This document shows positions 47,874-56,709 of a stretch of DNA of 64,000 nt, in pieces (the stretch's first letter is position 1; every line of letters begins with the position of its first letter). The DNA is from Bacteroidales bacterium UBA1735. GTDB lineage: Bacteria; Bacteroidota; Bacteroidia; Bacteroidales; Paludibacteraceae. The position numbers and the translations under genes were made by a program. The stretch is from the NCBI GenBank assembly GCA_002315745.1, contig DCID01000024.1, positions 51 to 64,050 on the forward strand. The letters are read 5' to 3'. The notes below the pieces were generated by a model, which did no database searches, was not told where the DNA came from, and saw only the letters and a list, made by a program, of their open reading frames with translations.

Positions 47874-48476
47874 TCAACGTAAATCGTTGAGATAAGCGCC
47901 ATCCTTTCGGATCGTATAATCCACAGTCGCAGTCACGAACTGAGGATTACGTAACGAAAGGGTGGTTGTTTTTTTGCCCTCATGCACCTCCACCGACAAG
48001 GGCATCAGACTCTGATTTAGATGTAGCACAAAACGCGACACCCCTTTGGCTGCCTCTTTATCGGAGGGTGTCAGGGTGATCCAATAATCACCTTGCGCAT
48101 CGGTGCGTTCCGTATAGTGGCAAGACCGAATCAATGCTTTGGCAAAAAGGAAAGGATTGGCTTGCAGCAGTTCATCATTAGACGGATTAGACAAGGTCAA
48201 CTCATCGGTGTCCTCGATGTACATATACATAGTTTGACCATCATAGGCGGCATCGATACCGAATATTGAGACTTTGAACTTATCCCCACACATCGTCACC
48301 GATCCCGAGTAATGCAAAGGCTGAGATACATCGGACGCAATGGTTAACACGGCATCCGACTGCAAGGTCTGATGCTCCAAGAGCCGCATACAATCATCCA
48401 ATGTAGTGGCGTGGATAGGTAGCAGGCAGAAGGTAGAAGGTAGTAAAGCGATGAATAAGAGGATGAAACGTTTCAT
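47874..48476 (-). CDS. LolA-like outer-membrane lipoprotein carrier protein
   Basis: Signal peptide, about 200 aa, immediately downstream of ftsK (conserved ftsK-lolA synteny). Weak sequence call. Confidence 0.45.
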   Translation of the reverse strand: MKRFILLFIALLPSTFCLLPIHATTLDDCMRLLEHQTLQSDAVLTIASDVSQPLHYSGSVTMCGDKFKVSIFGIDAAYDGQTMYMYIEDTDELTLSNPSNDELLQANPFLFAKALIRSCHYTERTDAQGDYWITLTPSDKEAAKGVSRFVLHLNQSLMPLSVEVHEGKKTTTLSLRNPQFVTATVDYTIRKDGAYLNDLR

Positions 48477-48478
48477 AA

Positions 48479-51028
48479 TTAGTCTGCATTAAGTGTTTCA
48501 AGCAGCCGCTCCAACGACTCCATATCTTGGATAAGTACATCGCGTCCTTTGGGACCCTTATTGGGACCCACAATGCCCGTGGCTTCCAGTTGGTCACTAA
48601 GTTTACCTGCGCGGTTATAGCCTATCTCAAACGCCCGTTGTAAACGAGAAGTGGAACCTTCCTGTTTAGATACCACATACCGTGCCACATCGGCAAACAT
48701 CGGATCCAGACGATGGGTATCAACCGAACCCGGAGTCATCTCCTCTTGTCCTTCGGGCACATACTCCGGTAACTGATACGGAGCACCATAGCCCTGTTGC
48801 TCGTGTATATGTTCCACAATCGCTTCCACCTCAGGCGTATCCACAAACGCACACTGGATACGCGTCAGGTTACCACCACCCGAGTAGAGCATATCGCCCT
48901 TACCTATCAGCTGGTCAGCACCCTTCGCATCCAATACGGTACGACTATCCACCACGGACTGCGTACGGAACGCGATACGGGTTGGGATATTCGCCTTAAT
49001 GGTACCCGTCACAATCTTCACATCTGGACGCTGCGTAGCCAAGATCATATGCATACCCACGGCACGCGCTTTCTGTGCTATGCGTTGGATAGGACGCTCC
49101 ACTTCCTTGCCTGCCTGCATGATGAAATCACCATATTCGTCGATCACGATCACTAAATAAGGCATGTAGTGGTGGTGTAGTATCTTCTTCGTCACCACAT
49201 TCTCCACATCCTTGGTAGGATTGAGTACACGCGACGAGAACTTCTCGTTATAATCTTCTACATTACGGCAGTTCGCTTCCGCTAACAGCGAATAACGATC
49301 CTCCATCTCAATGACCAACGAGTTGAGGGTGTTAATCACTTTCTGACAATCGGTAATAATGATATCCCTATCCTCCTGGTCTGGCATAGCAGCCATGTAG
49401 TGTTTGAGTAACGGCTTATAAATGGAGAACTCCACCATCTTTGGATCCACCAACACAAACTTCAACTCAGCCGGATGTTTCTTATATAATAAGGAGGTAA
49501 TGATGGCATTTAAGCCCACGGATTTACCTTGACCCGTGGCACCAGCCACTAACAAGTGCGGCGTCTTAGCAAGGTCAAAACAGAAAACCTCATTGGTGAT
49601 AGTACGACCAATAGCCACCGGTAAGCGCATTTTCTGCTCCTCTTGGAAACGCTTGGACGCAATGACCGAGTGCATGGATACGACTTGCGGTTTCTCGTTC
49701 GGAACTTCAATACCGACCGTACCCTTACCCGGCATCGGGGCAATAATACGAATACCTATTGCGCTGAGCGACAACATAATATCATTCTCCAACGACTGGA
49801 TCTTAGCAATACGTATACCCGCCTTCGGCACCACCTCGTACAGCGTAACGGTGGGTCCCACAGTCGCCTTAATCTGCTCAATCTCAATACCATAGTTCCG
49901 CAAGGTAGCCACGATACGATTAGCATTGGCTTGCTGCTCCTCCTGATTGATAACGGGAGCCGTTTCATTGTCATAAACCCTCAACAGGTCTAATGTGGGA
50001 AACTTATAGAACTCCAAGTCCTTACGCGGATCAAACGGCTCTTGCTGCTCCGCCATCTCCACTTCCTCTGTTTCCTGAATATCCACATCGGCATCATCCG
50101 ACTCCTCCAGACCATCCGACCCATCCAGACCATCTGACTTTTCTAGATCTCCTAGTTTATCTAGTTCTCCTAGGTCTTCTAGGTTGCCTAGGTCTTCTTC
50201 AAGCTCTGGGTTATTCTCTATCACTACGATGGGCTCCGTGGTAGGCTCATCAATCACCACTACTGGTTCATCGTCCTCTCGCCCAATCGCCTCTTCGCCT
50301 TCTCGCCCAATCGCCTCCTCGCCTTCTCGCCCAATCGCCTCTTCGCCTTCGGTGCCTACATCACCCTTCTTCCGAGTCACCCGCAGCCACAAAGCCTTCA
50401 TCCGCTCAATAAAATGCACATCGGTAATAATGAGGAAGATCACTAATAGCACAACGAGCACCATGATCGTACCTAATGGCTGTATATAACTATTCACCCA
50501 CAGCGCAATCCACTCCCCATGAGCCCCACCCCAACGGAAGAACGTATCTATGCCCGTTATCTGCTGTACAAACCCAAAGGTCACACTACCCCATACCAGC
50601 CAAAAGAAACCGACGAATAGCACCCGCCACCCGTTCAAACGGATCACACGCGAGAGCCTCAATCCATATAACCCCATCATCACGATCAATACCAGCGATA
50701 TGATACCGAAGGTACCATCCACATAAAACTCGGCTAATCGTGCGCCCTGTAAACCCAAGCAGTTCGTAATCTGCATACGCGACTCTATACGTTCCGCACG
50801 AGTCATACCCAACAGGCTCTGATCCGCAGCGCCGGTAAAGAAATAACTAATGTACGCGATCAACGAAAAGACCGCAAACGCTACAATAAGAACACCTATC
50901 ACTATATGGGTGCGCTTATCGCAGAAAAAATCACGAACCTGACTCCACGAAAAACTGTTCTCCACCATAATGGGCGAACTATACTGGGAATCGGTGTCTC
51001 TATTAGATGTAGACGGACGACGTGGCAT
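48479..51028 (-). CDS. ftsK: DNA translocase FtsK
   Basis: Four or five N-terminal TM helices, acidic repeat linker, Walker A AGATGQGKS, Walker B VIVIDEYGD, gamma domain STSRLQRAFEIGYNRAGKL. Start at MPRRPS (51028) downstream of the promoter. Confidence 0.9.
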   Translation of the reverse strand: MPRRPSTSNRDTDSQYSSPIMVENSFSWSQVRDFFCDKRTHIVIGVLIVAFAVFSLIAYISYFFTGAADQSLLGMTRAERIESRMQITNCLGLQGARLAEFYVDGTFGIISLVLIVMMGLYGLRLSRVIRLNGWRVLFVGFFWLVWGSVTFGFVQQITGIDTFFRWGGAHGEWIALWVNSYIQPLGTIMVLVVLLVIFLIITDVHFIERMKALWLRVTRKKGDVGTEGEEAIGREGEEAIGREGEEAIGREDDEPVVVIDEPTTEPIVVIENNPELEEDLGNLEDLGELDKLGDLEKSDGLDGSDGLEESDDADVDIQETEEVEMAEQQEPFDPRKDLEFYKFPTLDLLRVYDNETAPVINQEEQQANANRIVATLRNYGIEIEQIKATVGPTVTLYEVVPKAGIRIAKIQSLENDIMLSLSAIGIRIIAPMPGKGTVGIEVPNEKPQVVSMHSVIASKRFQEEQKMRLPVAIGRTITNEVFCFDLAKTPHLLVAGATGQGKSVGLNAIITSLLYKKHPAELKFVLVDPKMVEFSIYKPLLKHYMAAMPDQEDRDIIITDCQKVINTLNSLVIEMEDRYSLLAEANCRNVEDYNEKFSSRVLNPTKDVENVVTKKILHHHYMPYLVIVIDEYGDFIMQAGKEVERPIQRIAQKARAVGMHMILATQRPDVKIVTGTIKANIPTRIAFRTQSVVDSRTVLDAKGADQLIGKGDMLYSGGGNLTRIQCAFVDTPEVEAIVEHIHEQQGYGAPYQLPEYVPEGQEEMTPGSVDTHRLDPMFADVARYVVSKQEGSTSRLQRAFEIGYNRAGKLSDQLEATGIVGPNKGPKGRDVLIQDMESLERLLETLNAD
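50277..50348. repeat. 3 x 24-bp tandem repeat in the ftsK linker (encodes EGEEAIGR x3)
   Basis: TCTCGCCCAATCGCCTCYTCGCCT repeated three times. Confidence 0.9.
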
Positions 51029-51046
51029 AATACTATAATTTGGGTG

Positions 51047-51078
51047 CAAAGATACTACTTTTTTTGCATTTATGCAAA
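51047..51078 (-). promoter_or_regulatory. Bacteroidota-type promoter (ftsK)
   Basis: Minus strand -7 TAtcTTTG (51047-54) and -33 TTTG (51075-78). Confidence 0.6.
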
Positions 51079-51134
51079 TATGATGGACTACTTTTTCAAC
51101 TTTTAGAACTTTTTCTACTTTTTCCACACTTTTA

Positions 51135-51166
51135 TTTGCATATATCAAAAAAAAGTCGTACTTTTG
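51135..51166 (+). promoter_or_regulatory. Bacteroidota-type promoter (rseC-like/rnf operon) preceded by phased T-tracts
   Basis: -33 TTTG (51135-38) and -7 TActTTTG (51159-66), 20-nt spacer. Confidence 0.65.
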
Positions 51167-51185
51167 CGTGTTATTTTGAGTAACT

Positions 51186-51443
51186 ATGGATTCAAGGGAC
51201 GAAATAGCGTGCGGGAGTTGCATTTTGAAGGAAAAATGCACCATTAACCAAGACGACTGCTTCACCCGTCGGCAGCGTTGGAAAGCGGTAACATTGGCAT
51301 ACATCTTGCCGTTTGTGTTTTTGGCGGGCGCGATCGTGGCTGTGTCCTTTATTACTAATAACGAATATATCATCGGAGGTGTGGCCTTAGGCACGCTCGT
51401 GGTGTATTATGGTTTATTGTATATTAAAAAACCTAAAATATGA
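51186..51443 (+). CDS. RseC/SoxR-reducing-system family small membrane protein
   Basis: N-terminal Cys cluster (CGSC...C...C) followed by two TM helices. 4-nt overlap with rnfB. Confidence 0.5.
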   Translation: MDSRDEIACGSCILKEKCTINQDDCFTRRQRWKAVTLAYILPFVFLAGAIVAVSFITNNEYIIGGVALGTLVVYYGLLYIKKPKI

Positions 51444-52276
51444 ATGTTATTATCATTTCTTTAATCGTTCTCGGCGTAACGGGACTGGTGGCTGCTGTGC
51501 TGCTATACATCGTTGCCCAGAAGTTTAAGGTAGAGGAGGATCCTCGCATTGACCAAGTGCAGGAAGTGCTGCCTGGTGCTAACTGCGGTGGATGTGGTTT
51601 TGCGGGCTGTCGTGCTTTAGCCGAAGCCTGCGTGAAAGCCACCTCACTGGATGGCCTACTCTGCCCGGTTGGTGGTGCTCCTACGATGGCGAAAGTAGGA
51701 GAAATCTTAGGTCTTGCTCCCGTAGAGGCAGCCCCTAAGGTAGCCGTTGTACGCTGTAATGGTACCTGCGAAGCGCGTCCTCGCACTAGCGAGTACAATG
51801 GTGCACCTAGTTGCCAAATCATGCATAACCTCTATGTGGGCGAGAGCGCATGTCCGTTCGGTTGCCTCGGTTGTGGCGACTGCGTAGCAGCATGTACCTT
51901 TGGTGCCTTATCCATGGATCCCGAAACGGGACTTCCCGTAGTAGATGACGAGAAGTGCACCAGTTGCGGTCAGTGCGTCAAAGCTTGTCCGCGTCACATC
52001 ATCGAACTGCGTAATAAGGGTCCAAAGAGCCGCCGCATGGTCGTTCTTTGTGTCAATAAAGATAAAGGCGCACCCGCGCGTAAGGCTTGTCTGAACGCCT
52101 GCATCGGTTGCGGTAAGTGCCAAACAGTCTGCGAGTTCGACGCCATCACGGTGGAGAATAACCTCGCTTACATTGACTTTAATAAATGCCGTCTGTGCCG
52201 TAAGTGCGAAGATGCATGTCCAACCCATGCCATCCATGCAGTTAATTTCCCAAAAAGAAAGGAGGAACAAGTATGA
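51440..52276 (+). CDS. rnfB: Rnf complex subunit B (Fe-S)
   Basis: N-terminal TM, CGGCGFAGC, multiple CxxCxxCxxxCP ferredoxin motifs. Confidence 0.88.
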   Translation: MNVIIISLIVLGVTGLVAAVLLYIVAQKFKVEEDPRIDQVQEVLPGANCGGCGFAGCRALAEACVKATSLDGLLCPVGGAPTMAKVGEILGLAPVEAAPKVAVVRCNGTCEARPRTSEYNGAPSCQIMHNLYVGESACPFGCLGCGDCVAACTFGALSMDPETGLPVVDDEKCTSCGQCVKACPRHIIELRNKGPKSRRMVVLCVNKDKGAPARKACLNACIGCGKCQTVCEFDAITVENNLAYIDFNKCRLCRKCEDACPTHAIHAVNFPKRKEEQV

Positions 52277-53613
52277 GTACATTCCGTATTGGTGGAGTTC
52301 ATCCCCACGATAATAAAGTTTATTCGGCACATCAACCGATCACCGCGTGCCCGCTGCCTAAGAATGCCATCATTCCACTCGTGCAGCATATCGGTGCGCC
52401 CGCACAGCCTATTGTTGAGAAAGGGGACAAAGTGCGTGTAGGTCAACTCATCGCCAAAGCTGGTGGGTTTGTTAGTGCCAATGTGCACGCACCTTTTAGT
52501 GGTATTATCACCAAGATTGACACTTTCGTCGATGGTTGGGGCATGCGTACCCCCGCTATCTTCATGGACGTGGAAGGTGACCTTTGGGACGACACGATTG
52601 ATCGCACCCCAGATATTGTGCATGAGTTCATGCTCGACCCCAAGGAGATTATCGACCGCATCACCGCAGCCGGTATAGTGGGTCTGGGTGGTGCTTGCTT
52701 CCCTACCCACGTAAAACTGTTACCCCCTCCCGGCAAGACGGCTGAGGTGTTAGTAGTCAATGGTGTCGAATGTGAGCCCTACCTCACGTGCGATCATCAA
52801 CTCATGCTCGAACATAGCGAGGAGATTGTTATCGGTATCCAGATCCTGATGCGCGCCTTAGGTATTAAACGTGCCATCATCGGTATCGAGAAGAACAAAC
52901 CCGACGCCATTGCGAAGATGCAGGCTCTTTGCAGCCGACTGCTCGGTATTCAAGTCTTGCCATTAGATCTCAAATACCCGCAAGGTGGTGAGAAACAACT
53001 CATCGATGCCTGCATCGGTCGTCAAGTACCTTCGGGTGCACTGCCTATCGAAGTGGGTGCGGTGGTGGATAATGTAGCCACTGTTTACGCCGTTTACGAA
53101 GCCGTACAGAAACGCAAACCGCTCATCTCACGCGTTATGACCGTCACGGGTAAGAGTGTGGCTCAGCCCGGTAACTACGAGGTACGTTTTGGTACGCCTC
53201 TGACCGATGTGGTGGCACTCGCAGGTGGTATCCCCGAGGATACGGGTAAGATCATAAGTGGAGGCCTCTTAATGGGTCGCGCTATGAACAATATCGACAT
53301 GCCCGCTAATAAGCGTGTCAGCGGACTGCTCTTTATGTCCGAGAACGAGAGTCGTCGTGTCGAGCCCGAGAACTGTATCCGCTGCGCCAAGTGCGTCAGC
53401 GCTTGTCCTATGGGATTAGAGCCTTACTTGCTCAGCCGTCAGTCCGAACTGCAACTATGGGACGAGATGGAGGCGCATGCTGTGATGGACTGCATCGAAT
53501 GTGGTTGCTGCCAGTTCACTTGCCCCAGCCATCGTCCGCTGCTAGACTATGTCCGTATGGGTAAAGCCAAAGTAGGTGGCATCATCCGTGCCCGCCAAGC
53601 GGCAGCGAAGTAA
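52273..53613 (+). CDS. rnfC: Rnf complex subunit C
   Basis: GIVGLGGACFPTHVK and two 4Fe-4S motifs (CIRCAKCVSACP, CIECGCCQFTCP). Confidence 0.9.
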   Translation: MSTFRIGGVHPHDNKVYSAHQPITACPLPKNAIIPLVQHIGAPAQPIVEKGDKVRVGQLIAKAGGFVSANVHAPFSGIITKIDTFVDGWGMRTPAIFMDVEGDLWDDTIDRTPDIVHEFMLDPKEIIDRITAAGIVGLGGACFPTHVKLLPPPGKTAEVLVVNGVECEPYLTCDHQLMLEHSEEIVIGIQILMRALGIKRAIIGIEKNKPDAIAKMQALCSRLLGIQVLPLDLKYPQGGEKQLIDACIGRQVPSGALPIEVGAVVDNVATVYAVYEAVQKRKPLISRVMTVTGKSVAQPGNYEVRFGTPLTDVVALAGGIPEDTGKIISGGLLMGRAMNNIDMPANKRVSGLLFMSENESRRVEPENCIRCAKCVSACPMGLEPYLLSRQSELQLWDEMEAHAVMDCIECGCCQFTCPSHRPLLDYVRMGKAKVGGIIRARQAAAK

Positions 53614-53640
53614 ATTTTCAAATTTTCAAATTATCAAATT
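53613..53640. repeat. 8-bp tandem repeat AATTWTCA x3.5 forming the rnfC-rnfD spacer
   Basis: AATTTTCA AATTTTCA AATTATCA AATT then ATG. Confidence 0.85.
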
Positions 53641-54627
53641 ATGAATATGAAACTCATTGTCAGTCCGGCTCCACACGCTCATAGTGGCGATAGTGTCCGC
53701 AGAAACATGCTCCTGGTTATCCTTGCGCTCTTGCCCGCGTACGCGGTGAGTGTAGCAGCCTTCGGTTGGGGAGCCATCATCACCACCGCCATCAGTATCG
53801 TCGCTTGCGTCGGTTTTGAGTGGCTCATTGCTAAGTTCATCCTGAAACAGCAACCCACTATTGGCGACTGTTCGGCTATTCTCACAGGTCTGTTGTTGGC
53901 GTTTAACCTACCCTGTAACCTACCTTGGTGGATCGTAGTCATTGGTGCATTAGTGGCAATCGGTGTAGGTAAGATGACCTTTGGCGGATTGGGACAAAAT
54001 CCCTTTAATCCTGCTCTCGTAGGTCGTGTTTTTCTGCTCATCTCTTTCCCCGTGCAAATGACCACATGGCCGCGTCCATTAGGTTTCCACACGCAGTATA
54101 TTGATGCCGCTACAGGTGCTACCCCACTCGCCGCGCTCAAACAGATCGTTAAAGCAGGTGACTCGTCATTGGTTAGCCAATTACCTTCCTTATGGGACTC
54201 TTTCATTGGTATGATGGGCGGCTCGCTTGGTGAAGTATGTGCCTTAGCCTTGCTCTTAGGTGGACTATTACTCATCTTTACCCGCGTCATCACATGGCAT
54301 ATACCCGTCTCTATCTTAGCCACCATGGCGATCTTCGCGTGGATCTCCACCCCAGAAGGATTATGTGGACATCAGTATATCTGCTATACCCTCCTCACCG
54401 GTGGCGCGATGCTCGGTGCCTTCTTTATGGCGACCGACTATGTCACCAGTCCGATGACTTCGTGGGGTAAGGTCATCTTCGGTATAGGCATCGGTCTGAT
54501 TGTCATGATCATCCGTACATGGGGTGCTTATCCCGAAGGTATGTCCTTCGCCATCCTTATTATGAACGCCTGCGTTCCATTACTCAACAAAATACGTCCA
54601 AAACGCTTCGGCGAAATAACTAAGTAA
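53641..54627 (+). CDS. rnfD: Rnf complex subunit D
   Basis: SPAPHAHSG N-terminus, polytopic membrane protein, FMN site TGATPL. Confidence 0.88.
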   Translation: MNMKLIVSPAPHAHSGDSVRRNMLLVILALLPAYAVSVAAFGWGAIITTAISIVACVGFEWLIAKFILKQQPTIGDCSAILTGLLLAFNLPCNLPWWIVVIGALVAIGVGKMTFGGLGQNPFNPALVGRVFLLISFPVQMTTWPRPLGFHTQYIDAATGATPLAALKQIVKAGDSSLVSQLPSLWDSFIGMMGGSLGEVCALALLLGGLLLIFTRVITWHIPVSILATMAIFAWISTPEGLCGHQYICYTLLTGGAMLGAFFMATDYVTSPMTSWGKVIFGIGIGLIVMIIRTWGAYPEGMSFAILIMNACVPLLNKIRPKRFGEITK

Positions 54628-54629
54628 TT

Positions 54630-55193
54630 ATGAAAAAGTTACAATCTACATTCACCAATATGGCATTGTCGCTAACTATCATCACGTTAGTGGCAGCCGC
54701 TGCGCTAGCATGCGTCTATCTATTCACCGCTGCGCAGATTGAACAACAGAAACAGCAGGCGCAGAACGCGGCACGCATCGCGGTGCTCTGTGGACACGAA
54801 GATGGTACGGCCATCGAAGCCCAAGCAGATGGTTTCGGCGGTCTCATCCGCGTCATGGTCGGTTTTGCCCCTGATGGTACCATCCTCGGTTACGAAGTGC
54901 TTGAACAGCAAGAGACTCCGGGCTTAGGTACGCATATCGTCGAGTGGTTCAAGAACGCCGACAAACCTAGTCAGAACATCATCGGTCGTCCAGCCAATGG
55001 TCATTTCTGTGTATCCAAAGATGGAGGCGATGTGGATGCTATCACCGCGGCCACCATCTCGTCTCGCGCTTTCCTCAAAGCCATCAACAACGCTTACGCT
55101 ACTTTCATGGAGCAGCAGGGCGTGCAAGTGGAGGCGCACTCAGGTGCTAGTGTTATGAACGATTCAATAGAAAAGGAGGCTCATCATGAATAA
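54630..55193 (+). CDS. rnfG: Rnf complex subunit G (FMN-binding)
   Basis: ETPGLG and DAITAATISSRAF motifs. Confidence 0.85.
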   Translation: MKKLQSTFTNMALSLTIITLVAAAALACVYLFTAAQIEQQKQQAQNAARIAVLCGHEDGTAIEAQADGFGGLIRVMVGFAPDGTILGYEVLEQQETPGLGTHIVEWFKNADKPSQNIIGRPANGHFCVSKDGGDVDAITAATISSRAFLKAINNAYATFMEQQGVQVEAHSGASVMNDSIEKEAHHE

Positions 55194-55773
55194 TGCATTA
55201 AAGACTCTCACCAATGGTCTTCTCAAAGAGAACCCCACCTTCGGTTTGGTATTAGGTATGTGCCCGACGCTGGCTACTACCACCTCCGCGGAAAATGGTA
55301 TGTTCATGGGCTTAGCGACCATGTTCGTGCTTATCTGCTCTAATGTCGCCATTTCGTTACTCAAGAACCTCATTCCCGATAAAGTGCGTATTCCTGCTTT
55401 CATTGTGGTCATCGCTACCTTCGTGACCATGGTGCAACTCATCATGCAGGCGTACTTGCCCGATATCTATGCGGTCTTAGGTCTATTCATTCCGTTGATC
55501 GTCGTTAACTGTATCGTCCTCGGTCGTGCCGAAGCGTTTGCAGCCAAGAACAATGTCGGTCTGTCGGCTTTAGATGGTATCGGTATGGGACTCGGTTTCA
55601 CTTGCTCGCTGACGCTCATTGGTGCGGTGCGTGAGTTACTGGGTACAGGTTGTGTCTTTGGTGCACACCTCTACTCCGACCAATACGCAGCGCTCATCTT
55701 CGTCCTCGCACCCGGGGCATTCATCTGCCTCGCCTACCTTATGGCAGCCATACAAAAACTCATGGCCAAATAA
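55186..55773 (+). CDS. rnfE: Rnf complex subunit E
   Basis: NPTFGLVLGMCPTLATT and IPLIVVNCIVLGRAEAFA. Confidence 0.88.
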   Translation: MNNALKTLTNGLLKENPTFGLVLGMCPTLATTTSAENGMFMGLATMFVLICSNVAISLLKNLIPDKVRIPAFIVVIATFVTMVQLIMQAYLPDIYAVLGLFIPLIVVNCIVLGRAEAFAAKNNVGLSALDGIGMGLGFTCSLTLIGAVRELLGTGCVFGAHLYSDQYAALIFVLAPGAFICLAYLMAAIQKLMAK

Positions 55774-55805
55774 ATCGTAAATCGTAAATCCGTAAATCGT
55801 AAATT
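55771..55805. repeat. 7-bp tandem repeat TAAATCG x4.5 forming the rnfE-rnfA spacer
   Basis: TAAATCG TAAATCG TAAATCCG TAAATCG TAAATT. The motif CGTAAATCGTA recurs at 56418-56428. Confidence 0.85.
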
Positions 55806-55808
55806 AAT

Positions 55809-56402
55809 ATGGTCTATTTTTTAATATTCGTATCGGCGATATTCGTTAATAATATCGTACTGAGTCAATTCTTAGGTATCTGCCCATTCTTAGGGGTCAG
55901 TAAGAAGATTGACACCGCTCTTGGTATGGGTGCAGCCGTCACCTTCGTGCTCACCTTAGCCACTGTTGTGACTTACCTCCTGCAAAAACTGCTTATCCTC
56001 TGGCATGTAGAGTTCTTGCAGACTATTCTGTTCATTCTCGTCATCGCTGCCCTGGTGCAGATGATTGAGATCGTGCTCAAAAAGATCTCCCCATCGCTCT
56101 ATCAAGCCCTCGGTGTGTTCTTGCCATTGATCACCACGAACTGCTGCCTACTCGGTGTGGCTATTCTCGTGGCTAATGGCACGAATAAACTGCCCCTTGG
56201 TGCCGATCATAACCTACTCACTGGTACACTCTTTGCCCTCGCTACCGCTATCGGTTTTGCCTTGGCATTGGTCCTTTTTGCCGGTCTGCGTGAGCAATTG
56301 GCTATGAACAAGATTCCAAAAGCCATGCAGGGTACTCCCATTGCACTCCTAACCGCAGGACTGCTCGCTATGGCATTCATGGGCTTCTCAGGCGTCGTAT
56401 AA
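55809..56402 (+). CDS. rnfA: Rnf complex subunit A
   Basis: NNIVLSQFLGICPFLGVS and LPLITTNCCLLGVA. Confidence 0.88.
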   Translation: MVYFLIFVSAIFVNNIVLSQFLGICPFLGVSKKIDTALGMGAAVTFVLTLATVVTYLLQKLLILWHVEFLQTILFILVIAALVQMIEIVLKKISPSLYQALGVFLPLITTNCCLLGVAILVANGTNKLPLGADHNLLTGTLFALATAIGFALALVLFAGLREQLAMNKIPKAMQGTPIALLTAGLLAMAFMGFSGVV

Positions 56403-56433
56403 TCATGCATTGTGCATCGTAAATCGTACATCT

Positions 56434-56709
56434 ATGTTAATCACTTTATCTTCATCCCTGCATAAGGAGCAGTTGCAATTGCCCTTCGAACTGGACGATC
56501 AATTCGTTCAGGACAATCAGGTCGTTGCTGTCCTCACGGGCGGTAGCGAAGCGCTCTTTTTGCAGCAGGTAGAACAAGGGCACATCACCCTCGACAAACC
56601 TATCTACCTCATTGCTTCCGAGCAAAGTAATTCTCTCGCAGCCAGCTGCGAGATCTTAAGTTGGATCAATCTTCATCACGGCCATGGACAGATTAGGACT
56701 CATCGGTAA
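56434..56709 (+). CDS. N-terminal part of a fucose/arabinose-isomerase-like protein (split by a frame change?)
   Basis: ORF ends at 56709 and overlaps the ATG (56684) of the next ORF in the +1 frame. Together about 330 aa. Confidence 0.4.
   Translation: MLITLSSSLHKEQLQLPFELDDQFVQDNQVVAVLTGGSEALFLQQVEQGHITLDKPIYLIASEQSNSLAASCEILSWINLHHGHGQIRTHR

Noticed and set aside
51029-51394. N-terminal 122-aa extension of the ftsK ORF; similar extensions occur for valS (39199-39348), coaX (35427-35579), the amidase (29584-29658), rubrerythrin (21404-21433), nrnA (58495-58551), btuB (58779-58814) and the GxxExxY gene (16541-16594)
   Set aside because: Each extension runs through a canonical -33/-7 promoter or the preceding gene. 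The conserved protein N-terminus or signal peptide starts at the internal ATG.
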